DNA of 64,000 bases. Origin: an uncultured Pelagibacteraceae bacterium (GTDB lineage: Bacteria > Pseudomonadota > Alphaproteobacteria > Pelagibacterales > Pelagibacteraceae). Positions within the stretch are counted from its first letter, which is position 1. The number at the start of each line of letters is the position of its first letter. The notes under the pieces are model-generated. The model searched no databases. It was given only the letters and a program-made list of their open reading frames with translations, and was not told the DNA's origin. The translations under genes and the position numbers were made by a program. The stretch lies in the NCBI GenBank assembly GCA_902536385.1, contig CACAWY010000005.1, positions 21,991-85,990 on the forward strand. The letters are read 5' to 3'. This document shows positions 1 to 9,470 of the stretch, in pieces.

Positions 1-932
1 TATCCTGTTATTCCAGATTTTATTGCATCTCCTTCACCTCCATAGATCCCACCTATTGATGGTTTTCCGTATGATGCAGCTTCAATAAAAGTAATACCAA
101 ATCCCTCCACTGATTTTTTATAAACAACGGAGGGCATTACAAATACATCTGATTGTTCAAGCAATCCAACTTTTTCTTGCTCTGTTGAATTGAAAATTAA
201 TTTAACATTTTTTTCCAAACCTAATTCCTTAGTTAATTTTTGAAGATTTTTTCTCTCATCTCCATCACCAATCGAAACATATTTTAAATTTGGAAACTTT
301 GGTAAAAGATTTTTTATTGACATTAAAATATTCTGATGACTTTTGCGGCTGTCTAATCTCGAAACAGTAATTAATTTTGGTGAAGCGTTACCATAAATAT
401 TTTTAGAAAATTCTCTAGCTGTTTCACCAACAACTATAGGATAATTACAACCAGGATTGATGACATGAATATCCTTTAATCCTAGTTTTAAACCTAATTC
501 TTTAGTAAATTTTGAATTTGCAATTACAAAATTTGCTTTCCCTAATGATTTTAAAACTCTTATATTTAAAGAAGAATTAACAGGATGATTTATTTCCTTT
601 GAGTGAATTAAGCAGAAAGATTTTGTTTTCTTGAGCGTGTCTAAATCAATATTTTCAATACTTTTCCAATGATCAAAGAAACATGCTCTTATCTGATTTT
701 GTTGAATAAAATCTCTAACTAAATTAGCTTTTCTATACTTTCTAAATATCTTAAAACCTGAAATTCTTTCTATATTTAATTTAGAATTTTGATCATAAGT
801 ATCTGCGTCTTCATGATTATCTGCAAAAACTTTTACTGGACCATGATTTGTAAGGGCTTTAGACAACCCTTCCATGAGATTTTGCATGCCACCAAGTTCA
901 GGTGGAAAATTTCTTGTAGAAACTAAAAACAT
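1..932 (-). CDS. Glycosyltransferase family 4 (PimB/WcaL-like), runs off the window start
   Basis: Not in the ORF track. Read manually from ATG at 932-930 (overlapping the TAA of the upstream gene): MFLVSTRNFPPELGGMQNLM..., later EGFGITFIEAASYGKPSIVG, the GT-B/GT4 signature. Confidence 0.85.
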   Translation of the reverse strand, partial: MFLVSTRNFPPELGGMQNLMEGLSKALTNHGPVKVFADNHEDADTYDQNSKLNIERISGFKIFRKYRKANLVRDFIQQNQIRACFFDHWKSIENIDLDTLKKTKSFCLIHSKEINHPVNSSLNIRVLKSLGKANFVIANSKFTKELGLKLGLKDIHVINPGCNYPIVVGETAREFSKNIYGNASPKLITVSRLDSRKSHQNILMSIKNLLPKFPNLKYVSIGDGDERKNLQKLTKELGLEKNVKLIFNSTEQEKVGLLEQSDVFVMPSVVYKKSVEGFGITFIEAASYGKPSIGGIYGGEGDAIKSGITG

Positions 933-1489
933 TAATTAAACCACTTTATATTACACCCCATGCTAGGAGTTTGATTCTTTGGTCCGGCTTGCGTTTCAGA
1001 GATCATTTTCATTGCTACTTTTAAATCACTATCTCCACTTGAAACAGGTTTTAAATCTTTAAGTTCCCTAAATCTTCCTCGATACTGAAGTTGTAGTTTC
1101 TTATTGTATCCAAAGAAATCAGGCGTACAAACGGCACCATACTTTCTTGCAATCTCTTGCGTTTCATCTATTAAATAATTTATTTCACCAAAATTATTTG
1201 TTTTTGCAAATTTTATCATGTTTTCGAACGAGTCCTCAGGATAATTTTTAGTATCATTAGACATGATTGCAACAGAGTTAATTCCGTCTTTTTTTAATTT
1301 ATTACAATCCAGTGCTAAATCACGAATAATAGCTTTTACGTAAGGACAATGATTACAGATAAACATTATCAAGGTAGCTTTTTCACCCTTAATTTCGTTT
1401 AAAGTTATTACTTTATTGTTAATTGATTTAAGCTTGAAATCCTCAGCTTTTTTTCCAAAATCACAAACCGGGGTTTTAGTTAGAGCCAT
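932..1489 (-). CDS. Thioredoxin-fold AhpC/TSA (PRX-like1) redoxin
   Basis: FICNHCPYV, AVCTPDFF, C-terminal SMGCNIKW motifs. Confidence 0.85.
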   Translation of the reverse strand: MALTKTPVCDFGKKAEDFKLKSINNKVITLNEIKGEKATLIMFICNHCPYVKAIIRDLALDCNKLKKDGINSVAIMSNDTKNYPEDSFENMIKFAKTNNFGEINYLIDETQEIARKYGAVCTPDFFGYNKKLQLQYRGRFRELKDLKPVSSGDSDLKVAMKMISETQAGPKNQTPSMGCNIKWFN

Positions 1490-1530
1490 AATGTATTATA
1501 AATTATTTAATAATATATTACAGCAATATT

Positions 1531-2034
1531 ATGATTTATGATTTTGAAGAACATACTCCTAAGATAGACCCAGGTAGTTGGGTAGCATCAAACGCTGTAA
1601 TAATTGGAAGGGTAGAGCTTAAAAAAAATTCTAATATTTGGTTTAACACGACTTTAAGAGGAGATCTTGAACCAATTATGATTGGAGAAAATTCAAATGT
1701 TCAGGACGGAAGCGTTATACATACTGACCCGGGCTGTCCAACAATAGTTGGAAAAGGAGTTACTATTGGACATATGGTTATGCTTCATGGCTGCGAGATT
1801 GCAGATGATTGTTTAATAGGAATCGGTTCAACAATATTAAATAAAACTAAAATTGGAAAAAATTGTATCATTGGCGCTAATACGCTTGTAACTGAAAATA
1901 AAGTAATACCTGAAAGATCATTAGTTCTTGGTAGTCCCGGTAAGGTAGTCAGGCAAGTTACCGATGAAGAAATTGAACATATAAAAGAAAACGCTAGAGA
2001 TTATGTTGAAAATTTTAAAAAGTATAAAAAATAG
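1531..2034 (+). CDS. Gamma carbonic anhydrase family protein (YrdA/PaaY-like)
   Basis: Hexapeptide repeats, LRGD, NVQDGSVIH, TIGH..LHGC metal ligands. Confidence 0.9.
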   Translation: MIYDFEEHTPKIDPGSWVASNAVIIGRVELKKNSNIWFNTTLRGDLEPIMIGENSNVQDGSVIHTDPGCPTIVGKGVTIGHMVMLHGCEIADDCLIGIGSTILNKTKIGKNCIIGANTLVTENKVIPERSLVLGSPGKVVRQVTDEEIEHIKENARDYVENFKKYKK

Positions 2035-2803
2035 TTTATTAATTTTAATTTTTCTTACAATAAATGTTGAAGCAAAAAATAGTAAAGATGTTTCTAATAT
2101 TAAAGTTCAAATAAAAAATATATCTCATAAACAAAAATATTCTTTACAATTAGTAAATAGTAAAGACGGGCACCCTGTAAGATCTGGTAATAAATCTTGG
2201 AGATTCGAAGTAAGAGAAGGAGATTGTGGTGAAGATAAAAAATATAGCGACTGTAAATCTAATAGACAAAGAACTGAATTACAAACAGTAGAATATCAAA
2301 AAAGAAATAAAGAATATTGGTATTCAGCGTCTATTTATCTTCCAGAAGACTATATATCCGTAGCTCCTGTTAGGACAGTTTTCACACAAATTTACGAAAA
2401 GGGTTGGAAACCTATTTTAATGATTACGGATAGAAGCAGTGAATGGCTTGAAGTTGGTAGAATGTGGAGCGGTGAATACGTTGAAATGAAAAAAGGAATA
2501 AAGATTAATGATATGAAAGGTAAATGGACTGATATTTTAATTAATGTTCTTTACACAAGAAAGGAAGATGGCTTTATGAAAGTATGGATCAATAATAAAT
2601 TAATTTTAGAGTCATTAAATATTAAAACATTTACACCATATACAAATAAAGGAGCTAAGATAGAATGGGGAATCTATCAAACTGGGGTAAGCGATTGGAA
2701 GAGAAAACACGGAGATAAACCTTATCCAAACATGGTGGTTTATTTTGATGAAGTTAACCAAGGAAACTCAAAAGAAAAAGTAATAAAAAATTTAAGGGAC
2801 TAA
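2003..2803 (+). CDS. Secreted polysaccharide-lyase-like (heparin lyase I family) beta-sandwich protein
   Basis: Signal peptide; PVRSG..S.RFEVR.GDC, R.RTEL, WYS.SIYLP, GF.KVW.N, WGIY, VYFDEV pattern. Confidence 0.55.
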   Translation: MLKILKSIKNSLLILIFLTINVEAKNSKDVSNIKVQIKNISHKQKYSLQLVNSKDGHPVRSGNKSWRFEVREGDCGEDKKYSDCKSNRQRTELQTVEYQKRNKEYWYSASIYLPEDYISVAPVRTVFTQIYEKGWKPILMITDRSSEWLEVGRMWSGEYVEMKKGIKINDMKGKWTDILINVLYTRKEDGFMKVWINNKLILESLNIKTFTPYTNKGAKIEWGIYQTGVSDWKRKHGDKPYPNMVVYFDEVNQGNSKEKVIKNLRD

Positions 2804-3400
2804 CCAATTCTTTTTATTATTTTCTAAATCAAACAAAGCTCTACGATGTCCTTTGGCAGCTAAATATAACCACTCGATACTTTTTACCTTACATCTGATA
2901 ACGCAAAAGTTTCTATAACCTGCTTCACTTTCTTCTTTTGTGTAATCAAAGTTATCAAATTTATTGTCTAGACCTGAAGTTGGTTTATCTGACTCAGTTC
3001 CTGGTCCATTAGTAACGAGATAACATTTTCTACTTATATGACCTGTTTTATCCCAAGACTCTTTTGTAATATCATCGTTAAAGTGAACTTTACACTCTGT
3101 TTTTAATCTTAGTTGTATCTTCTCTTGTTTGCCGTAAAACAAGATTGAACAGTTTGGATTTTTTTTAATTTTTTCTATTTTCGATGATCTGATATCGCTA
3201 TGATATTGAATGAAGTTATCTTTCTGATTAGCTTTTCGTAGTACTACTACTCTGCCATCTAAATCTTTATCATTACCGCAAATAAATACTGGGGTTCTGA
3301 ACTCGGAAGATCTATCTGTTACAGCATTATTTAAAAGATCCCAAATTTTTTTTTCAATCTCGCTGAAATCTTCGTAGTAACTAACAACTTCTTGTGACAC
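2792..3400 (-). CDS. Pyridoxamine 5'-phosphate oxidase family FMN-binding protein
   Basis: R.VVLR, HSDIRSSK, QLR, EWLYL...GHRRA motifs; GTG start. Confidence 0.8.
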   Translation of the reverse strand: MSQEVVSYYEDFSEIEKKIWDLLNNAVTDRSSEFRTPVFICGNDKDLDGRVVVLRKANQKDNFIQYHSDIRSSKIEKIKKNPNCSILFYGKQEKIQLRLKTECKVHFNDDITKESWDKTGHISRKCYLVTNGPGTESDKPTSGLDNKFDNFDYTKEESEAGYRNFCVIRCKVKSIEWLYLAAKGHRRALFDLENNKKNWLVP

Positions 3401-4270
3401 TTATTTTCTAAATCTTTTAATTAAGCTTGAAGTATCCCATCTTTGACCACCCATTTTTTGTACTTCAGCGTAATATTCATCAATTATTTTTGTGATAGGT
3501 AAGGGCGAGTTATTTTTCTTTGCTTCATCCATTGCTATTTTTAAATCTTTTCTCATCCAATCAACAGCAAAACCATAATCAAATTTATCTTCAATCATTG
3601 TTTTATGTCTATTTTCCATTTGCCAAGATTGTGCAGCACCTTTTGAAATAACCTCAATAACATCATGCATATTTAATCCTGCGTTCATGCCAAAATTTAT
3701 TGCTTCTGATAATCCTTGCACAAGTCCTGCAATACAAATCTGATTAACCATTTTAGTCAACTGACCACTTCCAGATGGACCAAGTAATTTTATCTTCTTA
3801 CTATAACAATCAATTACTGGTTCTGCTTTTTTAAATGGAGCACCATCTCCACCAACCATTACAGTTAATATTCCACCCTCAGCTCCGGCTTGACCACCAG
3901 ATATTGGAGCATCTAAGAAGTCAAAGCCTTTGGCTTTTGCTTCTTTATACAATTCTCTAGCTATATTTGCTGATGCTGTCGTATTATCTATATAGATTGA
4001 ACCTTTTTTTGCAGTTTTAAATAGTCCTTTATCACCTAGAGTAACTTCTCTTAAATCATTATCATTTCCAACACATGTAAAAATAAAATCACTGTCTTTT
4101 GCTGCATCCATTGGAGTTTCTGCAACGTTACCTTTATATTCTTTAGACCACTTTTCAGCTTTTGCTTTTGTTCGATTATAAACGGTTACATTATGGCCAG
4201 CTTTTGATATATAACCAGCCATGGGATAACCCATAACACCAAGACCTATGAAAGAAACTTTACAACTCAT
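3401..4270 (-). CDS. 3-hydroxyisobutyrate / 2-hydroxy-3-oxopropionate reductase family NAD(P) oxidoreductase
   Basis: FIGLGVMGYPMA, FLDAPISGG, KMVNQ, KDL motifs. Confidence 0.9.
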   Translation of the reverse strand: MSCKVSFIGLGVMGYPMAGYISKAGHNVTVYNRTKAKAEKWSKEYKGNVAETPMDAAKDSDFIFTCVGNDNDLREVTLGDKGLFKTAKKGSIYIDNTTASANIARELYKEAKAKGFDFLDAPISGGQAGAEGGILTVMVGGDGAPFKKAEPVIDCYSKKIKLLGPSGSGQLTKMVNQICIAGLVQGLSEAINFGMNAGLNMHDVIEVISKGAAQSWQMENRHKTMIEDKFDYGFAVDWMRKDLKIAMDEAKKNNSPLPITKIIDEYYAEVQKMGGQRWDTSSLIKRFRK

Positions 4271-4272
4271 TA

Positions 4273-5487
4273 ATGATAAACCTCACGTTAAATAAAAAAG
4301 TAATAATATTTGGATTTATATTTACATTTTTTTCTAGTTTTGGACAGAGCTTTTTTTTGGGTTTGTTTAACGCACCGATAAGGAATGAACTTGGTATTAC
4401 CCACGGTCAATTTGGTAGTATCTATGCAAGTGCAACTATTTTTTCAAGCTTACTTCTTATTTGGGTTGGGAAAAAAATTGATGATTTTAGAATTTTATAT
4501 TACTCACTTTTTGTCGTTATATTATTATCTGCTTCTTCATTATTTTTTTCTTTCATTGATAGTATTTACTTTTTGGCAATTGCAATTTTTTTTATGAGAT
4601 TTTCAGGACAAGGTTTAATGAGCCATACTTCAACAACAACAATCTCGAGATTTTTTGAAAGATCAAGAGGAAAGGCTCTAAGTACAATCTGGTTTGGTTT
4701 ATCAACTGCAGAGTTTATTTTACCTGTTCTTATAACTTATTTTTTTCTTATTTATTCTTGGAGAACTGTGTGGCAAGGAATTGCAATATTAGTTATTTTA
4801 TTTTTACCTTTCGTAATTTTAAATACTATTAAATCAATACAATTAGACTCAAGAGAAATAGATACTAATCCAAAAAATAAATTTCAAATTAAGAGTTGGA
4901 AAAGGAGAGATGTTTTAAAAGATTATAGATTTTATATTGTGTCTTTAAACATGCTTGCGATGCCTTGGATTGCAACAGGTGTTTTTGTTTATCAATCTTT
5001 TATCTCAGAGTCGAAAATGTGGGCTATTTATACAATACCCAAAGCGTTTATGGTTTATTCAATTACTTCTATAGCTACATTGTTTGTTTCAGGTTTCTTG
5101 GTAGATAAGTTTACGGGACGTAAACTTATTATGTATATGAACATTCCTTTATTATTTGCCATGATTACTTTATTTTATTTTAATCATGAAATATTTGCGT
5201 ATATATTTCTTGGATTAATAGGAGTTTCTAATGGCTTAGCAAACATACTGGGATCCTCTACTTGGGCAGAGATATATGGAGTAAAATATATTGGAAGTAT
5301 AAAAGCTTTGACTACTGCATTTATGGTTTTTTCAACTGCTTTCGGAACAGCGGTTTTCGGCCTGTTGATTGATAAAGGATTTACTATAGAAAATATTGCT
5401 TTTGTAGGAGGTGCTTACGTTGTTATTTCCTTAGCTCTATTAATTTTAATCAGGAAAACAGTAGTACCTGTAAAGCTGTCAAATTAA
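4273..5487 (+). CDS. MFS transporter
   Basis: About 12 hydrophobic segments, GKKIDDF and GFLVDKFTGR MFS loop motifs. Confidence 0.85.
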   Translation: MINLTLNKKVIIFGFIFTFFSSFGQSFFLGLFNAPIRNELGITHGQFGSIYASATIFSSLLLIWVGKKIDDFRILYYSLFVVILLSASSLFFSFIDSIYFLAIAIFFMRFSGQGLMSHTSTTTISRFFERSRGKALSTIWFGLSTAEFILPVLITYFFLIYSWRTVWQGIAILVILFLPFVILNTIKSIQLDSREIDTNPKNKFQIKSWKRRDVLKDYRFYIVSLNMLAMPWIATGVFVYQSFISESKMWAIYTIPKAFMVYSITSIATLFVSGFLVDKFTGRKLIMYMNIPLLFAMITLFYFNHEIFAYIFLGLIGVSNGLANILGSSTWAEIYGVKYIGSIKALTTAFMVFSTAFGTAVFGLLIDKGFTIENIAFVGGAYVVISLALLILIRKTVVPVKLSN

Positions 5488-5527
5488 GCTTGATTTATTA
5501 AACTTAATTGAATAAATAACAATCACC

Positions 5528-6025
5528 ATGGCAAGAATTACCGTAGAAGATTGCTTAGAAAAAGTTGATAATCAATACGATCTAGTTTTATTAGCTAAAG
5601 AGAGAACTGTACAATTAAATGCAGGGGCTCCAATGTTAGTTGACGAAGATAACGACAAAAGAACAATTATATCACTAAGAGAGATAGGAGACGGTAAAAT
5701 TGATGTAAAAGAAGTTGAGGCAAGTGCAATTAAGAGATTGAGAAAAGAGCCCGATGAAACAGAGGAGCAAGAAGATATCGAAGAGGAAACTAATGACGAT
5801 TTTGAAAATTTATATAAAGGTCAAGTTTCAAAAAGTGGTGTTGCAATCCTCCCTTCTAAAAGAACTAGGAGAATTCCAGAGGTAAAAAAACCAACTTTAG
5901 CAGATGAAGCTCTTTCAGAGCTGAAAGCAGAACAGCCTGAAATTAAAGAAGAAAATCTTGACACAGAAGAAGCTCCACTTGAATTAAGTGAGGAAGCTAC
6001 AGTCGAAGAAAATAAATCAGAATAA
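5528..6025 (+). CDS. rpoZ: RNA polymerase omega subunit with long acidic C-terminal tail
   Basis: MARITVEDCLEKVDNQYDLVLLA...DNDK...SLREI. Confidence 0.92.
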   Translation: MARITVEDCLEKVDNQYDLVLLAKERTVQLNAGAPMLVDEDNDKRTIISLREIGDGKIDVKEVEASAIKRLRKEPDETEEQEDIEEETNDDFENLYKGQVSKSGVAILPSKRTRRIPEVKKPTLADEALSELKAEQPEIKEENLDTEEAPLELSEEATVEENKSE

Positions 6026-6028
6026 ATC

Positions 6029-7012
6029 ATGAAAAAAACCGTTTCAGTTGCACCAATGATGGATTGCACTGATAAACACGAAATTTATTTTTTAAGTCTT
6101 ATAAGCAAAAATATTCATCTTTATTCAGAAATGATTGTATCTAATGCAATTATTAGAGGTGATAGAAATAAATTATTATCATTCAAAAAAATTTCTAATC
6201 CAGTAACTTTACAAGTAGGTGGTTCTAACCCAGATGAACTAGCAGAGGCATGTAAAATTTCAGAAGATTATGGATATAAAGAAATTAATTTAAACTTGGG
6301 TTGTCCGAGTAAAAAAGTGCAAAAAAATAAGTTTGGTGCTTGTTTAATGCAAGAGCCAGACTTAGTAGCGAAATGTATTGAAGCTATGGCTAAATCAACA
6401 AAGCTTCCAGTAACTATCAAAACAAGAATTGGATACAACGACGTTGAAAACTTTGAATTTTTAAAATCTTTTATTCAAACAACAAAAGATGCAGGTTCAC
6501 AAAAATTTATTATTCACGCGAGAAAAGCTTTACTTAAAAAGTTAAGCCCCAAAGAAAATTTAAATATACCACCTTTAAAATATGAGTTTGTTTACAAATT
6601 AAAGGAGTATTTTAAAAATGATGAAATCATAATTAACGGAGGTATAAAAACAACTGAAGATATTAAAAATCATTTACTTAAAGTTGATGGCGTAATGATT
6701 GGAAGAGCAATTTACCACTCTCCATATTTTTTAGCTGATATTGAAAGAGACATTTTTAATAATGACAATGTTCCAACAAGAAGTGAAGTAATGGAGAAAT
6801 TAATTCCATACATTCAAGAAGAAACTTCTAAAGGCACTCAGCTTAATCACATAATGAGACATACAGTTGGATTATTCCATGGACAGAACGGTTCTAAAAC
6901 TTGGAAACAATATCTTTCTAAAAATATGTGCATTAGGGATGCAGATCTACAAAAAGTTAATCATATAATGGATCAGGTTAAAAAGACAAATCCTATGTCA
7001 TTAGAAAGATAA
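6029..7012 (+). CDS. dusA: tRNA dihydrouridine synthase A
   Basis: VAPMMD, NLNLGCPS, KTRIG, IHARKA, NGGI, GVMIGRA. Confidence 0.9.
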   Translation: MKKTVSVAPMMDCTDKHEIYFLSLISKNIHLYSEMIVSNAIIRGDRNKLLSFKKISNPVTLQVGGSNPDELAEACKISEDYGYKEINLNLGCPSKKVQKNKFGACLMQEPDLVAKCIEAMAKSTKLPVTIKTRIGYNDVENFEFLKSFIQTTKDAGSQKFIIHARKALLKKLSPKENLNIPPLKYEFVYKLKEYFKNDEIIINGGIKTTEDIKNHLLKVDGVMIGRAIYHSPYFLADIERDIFNNDNVPTRSEVMEKLIPYIQEETSKGTQLNHIMRHTVGLFHGQNGSKTWKQYLSKNMCIRDADLQKVNHIMDQVKKTNPMSLER

Positions 7013-7014
7013 TT

Positions 7015-7845
7015 TTGGATTTTCTTTCAAATTCAGATATTCTTTATTTAATCCTCATAATGATTGCAACAGCTATACCAGCTGGGTTTGCTGCAGGGTT
7101 GTTTGGTATTGGAGGTGGCTTAATTACTGTTCCAATTTTATTTTATATTTTTAGTACCTCTAGTATCGATCCAAATTATTTAATGCATTTAGCTGTAGGG
7201 ACTTCATTTGGAATAATTATTCCAACTTCTATTGTGTCTGTAATAACTCATCATCAACATAAAGCAGTAGATTTTAGTGTTGTAAAAGGTTACGGAATAT
7301 TTGTAGCAATTGGGGTTATCTTAGGAACAGTTTTAGCAGCAGGACTAAAAACAAAACCTTTAATTTTATTTTTTACAATCGTTGTATACATATTGGCTTT
7401 TTATTTACTCTTTCTTAAAGAAAAGGAAAAAACTTTAGATGTAAAAATGAGCTTACCAGCCAGAATTATAGCAGGTTTAGTTAGCGGTTTTGTCTCTGCG
7501 CCAATGGGAATAGGAGGAGCAGTAATGAATGTTCCAATATTAAAGTTTTTTGGTTATCCAATTAACAAAGCAATAGGAAGTGCAGCTGCGATAGGCTTTA
7601 TTATTGCATCATTTGGAGCTGCAGGTTTTTTAATATCTGGTTCTTATCTAAATGCTCAATTACCTTTGAGCATCGGGTTTTTAAATATTCCTGCTTTTTT
7701 AATATTTTTTCCAATAACAACTTTTATGGCTAGGTTAGGGGCAAAAGCTAGTCATCGAATTAATAAAAACAAAATGACAAAATACTTCGGCTTATTTTTA
7801 GTAGTTATAGGAACTAAATTTCTTTACGAATATTTTTCTCTTTAA
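7015..7845 (+). CDS. Sulfite exporter TauE/SafE family membrane protein
   Basis: GLFGIGGGLITVP and GIGGAVMNVP repeated motifs; TTG start. Confidence 0.85.
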   Translation: MDFLSNSDILYLILIMIATAIPAGFAAGLFGIGGGLITVPILFYIFSTSSIDPNYLMHLAVGTSFGIIIPTSIVSVITHHQHKAVDFSVVKGYGIFVAIGVILGTVLAAGLKTKPLILFFTIVVYILAFYLLFLKEKEKTLDVKMSLPARIIAGLVSGFVSAPMGIGGAVMNVPILKFFGYPINKAIGSAAAIGFIIASFGAAGFLISGSYLNAQLPLSIGFLNIPAFLIFFPITTFMARLGAKASHRINKNKMTKYFGLFLVVIGTKFLYEYFSL

Positions 7846-9284
7846 ATTTTTTGGTCGTATTCTCCAACTTTACCAGTCTTTTGTAATAAATTATCAATAA
7901 ATTTAAAAATTTTCCTTTTACGTTCGTCGGAAGTTGGGCTTTCTATTACCACAACCAAGGAAGGTTTATTTGATGAAGCTCTGATTAAACCCCAAGAGCC
8001 ATCTTCTAAAGAAAATCTTGCACCATTAACCGTTAGAACTTCAGAAATTATTTCCCCATCTATTTTAAAATTATCTTTTTGAAGTTTTTGAATTTCTTTT
8101 ACTATATCATCAACCACTTTATACTTTTCATCATCTTTACAGAACGGAGCCATCGTGGGAGTTTGAAAAGTATTAGGTAAAGATTTTATTAGTTCGCTCA
8201 TTTTTTTATTTTGATCATTTAATAAATGACAAATTTGTATTGCAGAATATATACCATCATCATAACCATACCCCAAAGGATGATTAAAAAAGAAATGACC
8301 GCTTTTTTCAAAACCCGCTAATGCCTTTTCAGCATTTACTTTTCTTTTAATATGTGAATGTCCAGTTTTCCAATAAATAGTTTTACATTTATTATCTTTC
8401 AAAATTTTATCATTTGAGTAAAGACCAGTTGATTTAACGTCTACAATAAATTTAGAGTTCTTATGTTTTGGTGCTAAGTTTCTAGCGATCAACAAACCAA
8501 TCTTATCAGAAAAAATTTCATTACCTTTTTCATCAATTACTCCACATCTATCTCCATCACCATCGAAACCCAAACCAATATCAGCTTTATTATCCTTAAC
8601 AGCTTTTGAAATAGCGTGAAGCATTTTTAAGTCTTCAGGGTTTGGATTATATTTTGGAAATGTCCAGTCTAGTTTACAATCTAATTCTACTACTTCACAA
8701 CCTATTCCTCTTAAAATTTCAGGAGCAAAAACTCCTGCAGTTCCATTTCCACATGCAACCACAGCTTTTATCTTTTTATTAATTTTATTTTTTTTTATTA
8801 AATCTTGTATATATATCTTTTTAAAATCATCGATCTTTTTTGAATCTCCTATCCCTGTCTTATATTTGTTATTTAGAGTTATATCTTTTAGCTCAGACAT
8901 TTCCTCAGGTGCATGTGTTAAACCTTTTTTGATACCCATTTTAATTCCAGTCCAACCATTTTCATTATGGCTAGCAGTTATCATCGCTATTGCATCTGAG
9001 TTTAAATTAAATTGTGCAAAGTAAACCATTGGGGAAAGAGACAAACCAACATCCTCAACATAACAGCCTGTTGATATTAACCCTTGTGTCAAAGCTATTT
9101 TAATTTTTTCACTATAAGACCTATAATCATGACCAACTATTACTCTAGGATTATTTTTTTTTGTCTTATTGATAATTTGAGTTCCAAGACCTTTCCCCAA
9201 ATTAGTGATTCCCTCAAGATCGATGTCTTTTTCAAAGATCCATCTTGCATCGTACTCTCTAAATCCGTTTGGATTTATTTTCAT
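7842..9284 (-). CDS. Phosphomannomutase/phosphoglucomutase
   Basis: FREYDAR, ITASHN, DGDGDR, FEKSGH, RASSNKP. Confidence 0.92.
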   Translation of the reverse strand: MKINPNGFREYDARWIFEKDIDLEGITNLGKGLGTQIINKTKKNNPRVIVGHDYRSYSEKIKIALTQGLISTGCYVEDVGLSLSPMVYFAQFNLNSDAIAMITASHNENGWTGIKMGIKKGLTHAPEEMSELKDITLNNKYKTGIGDSKKIDDFKKIYIQDLIKKNKINKKIKAVVACGNGTAGVFAPEILRGIGCEVVELDCKLDWTFPKYNPNPEDLKMLHAISKAVKDNKADIGLGFDGDGDRCGVIDEKGNEIFSDKIGLLIARNLAPKHKNSKFIVDVKSTGLYSNDKILKDNKCKTIYWKTGHSHIKRKVNAEKALAGFEKSGHFFFNHPLGYGYDDGIYSAIQICHLLNDQNKKMSELIKSLPNTFQTPTMAPFCKDDEKYKVVDDIVKEIQKLQKDNFKIDGEIISEVLTVNGARFSLEDGSWGLIRASSNKPSLVVVIESPTSDERKRKIFKFIDNLLQKTGKVGEYDQKI

Positions 9285-9347
9285 TAGCTATAAATACTAA
9301 AGAATATGGGTATTTGTTATTAAATGTTTATTAACAAAACTTTCCAC

Positions 9348-9376
9348 TTGCAAAATTATTTATATGTTCTTATAAT
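9348..9376 (+). promoter_or_regulatory. sigma70 promoter of nrdAB
   Basis: TTGCAA (9348-9353), 17-nt spacer, TATAAT (9371-9376). Confidence 0.7.
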
Positions 9377-9380
9377 GTTC
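9366..9380 (+). promoter_or_regulatory. Alphaproteobacterial LexA (SOS) box GTTC-N7-GTTC
   Basis: GTTC-TTATAAT-GTTC, exact match enclosing the -10 hexamer. Confidence 0.6.
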
Positions 9381-9389
9381 TATTGATTT

Positions 9390-9436
9390 AGATGTTATAT
9401 AGTATATTAACATAACTGTAACACAACATATAGTTG
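9390..9436 (+). promoter_or_regulatory. Tandem NrdR boxes
   Basis: ACACAACATATAGTTG (9421-9436) fits acaCwAtATaTwGtgt; a degenerate copy AGATGTTATATAGTAT (9390-9405) lies 31 bp upstream. Confidence 0.6.
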
Positions 9437-9470
9437 TTTTGTTAATAAATCGAGTAAAAACAAAGAAAAT

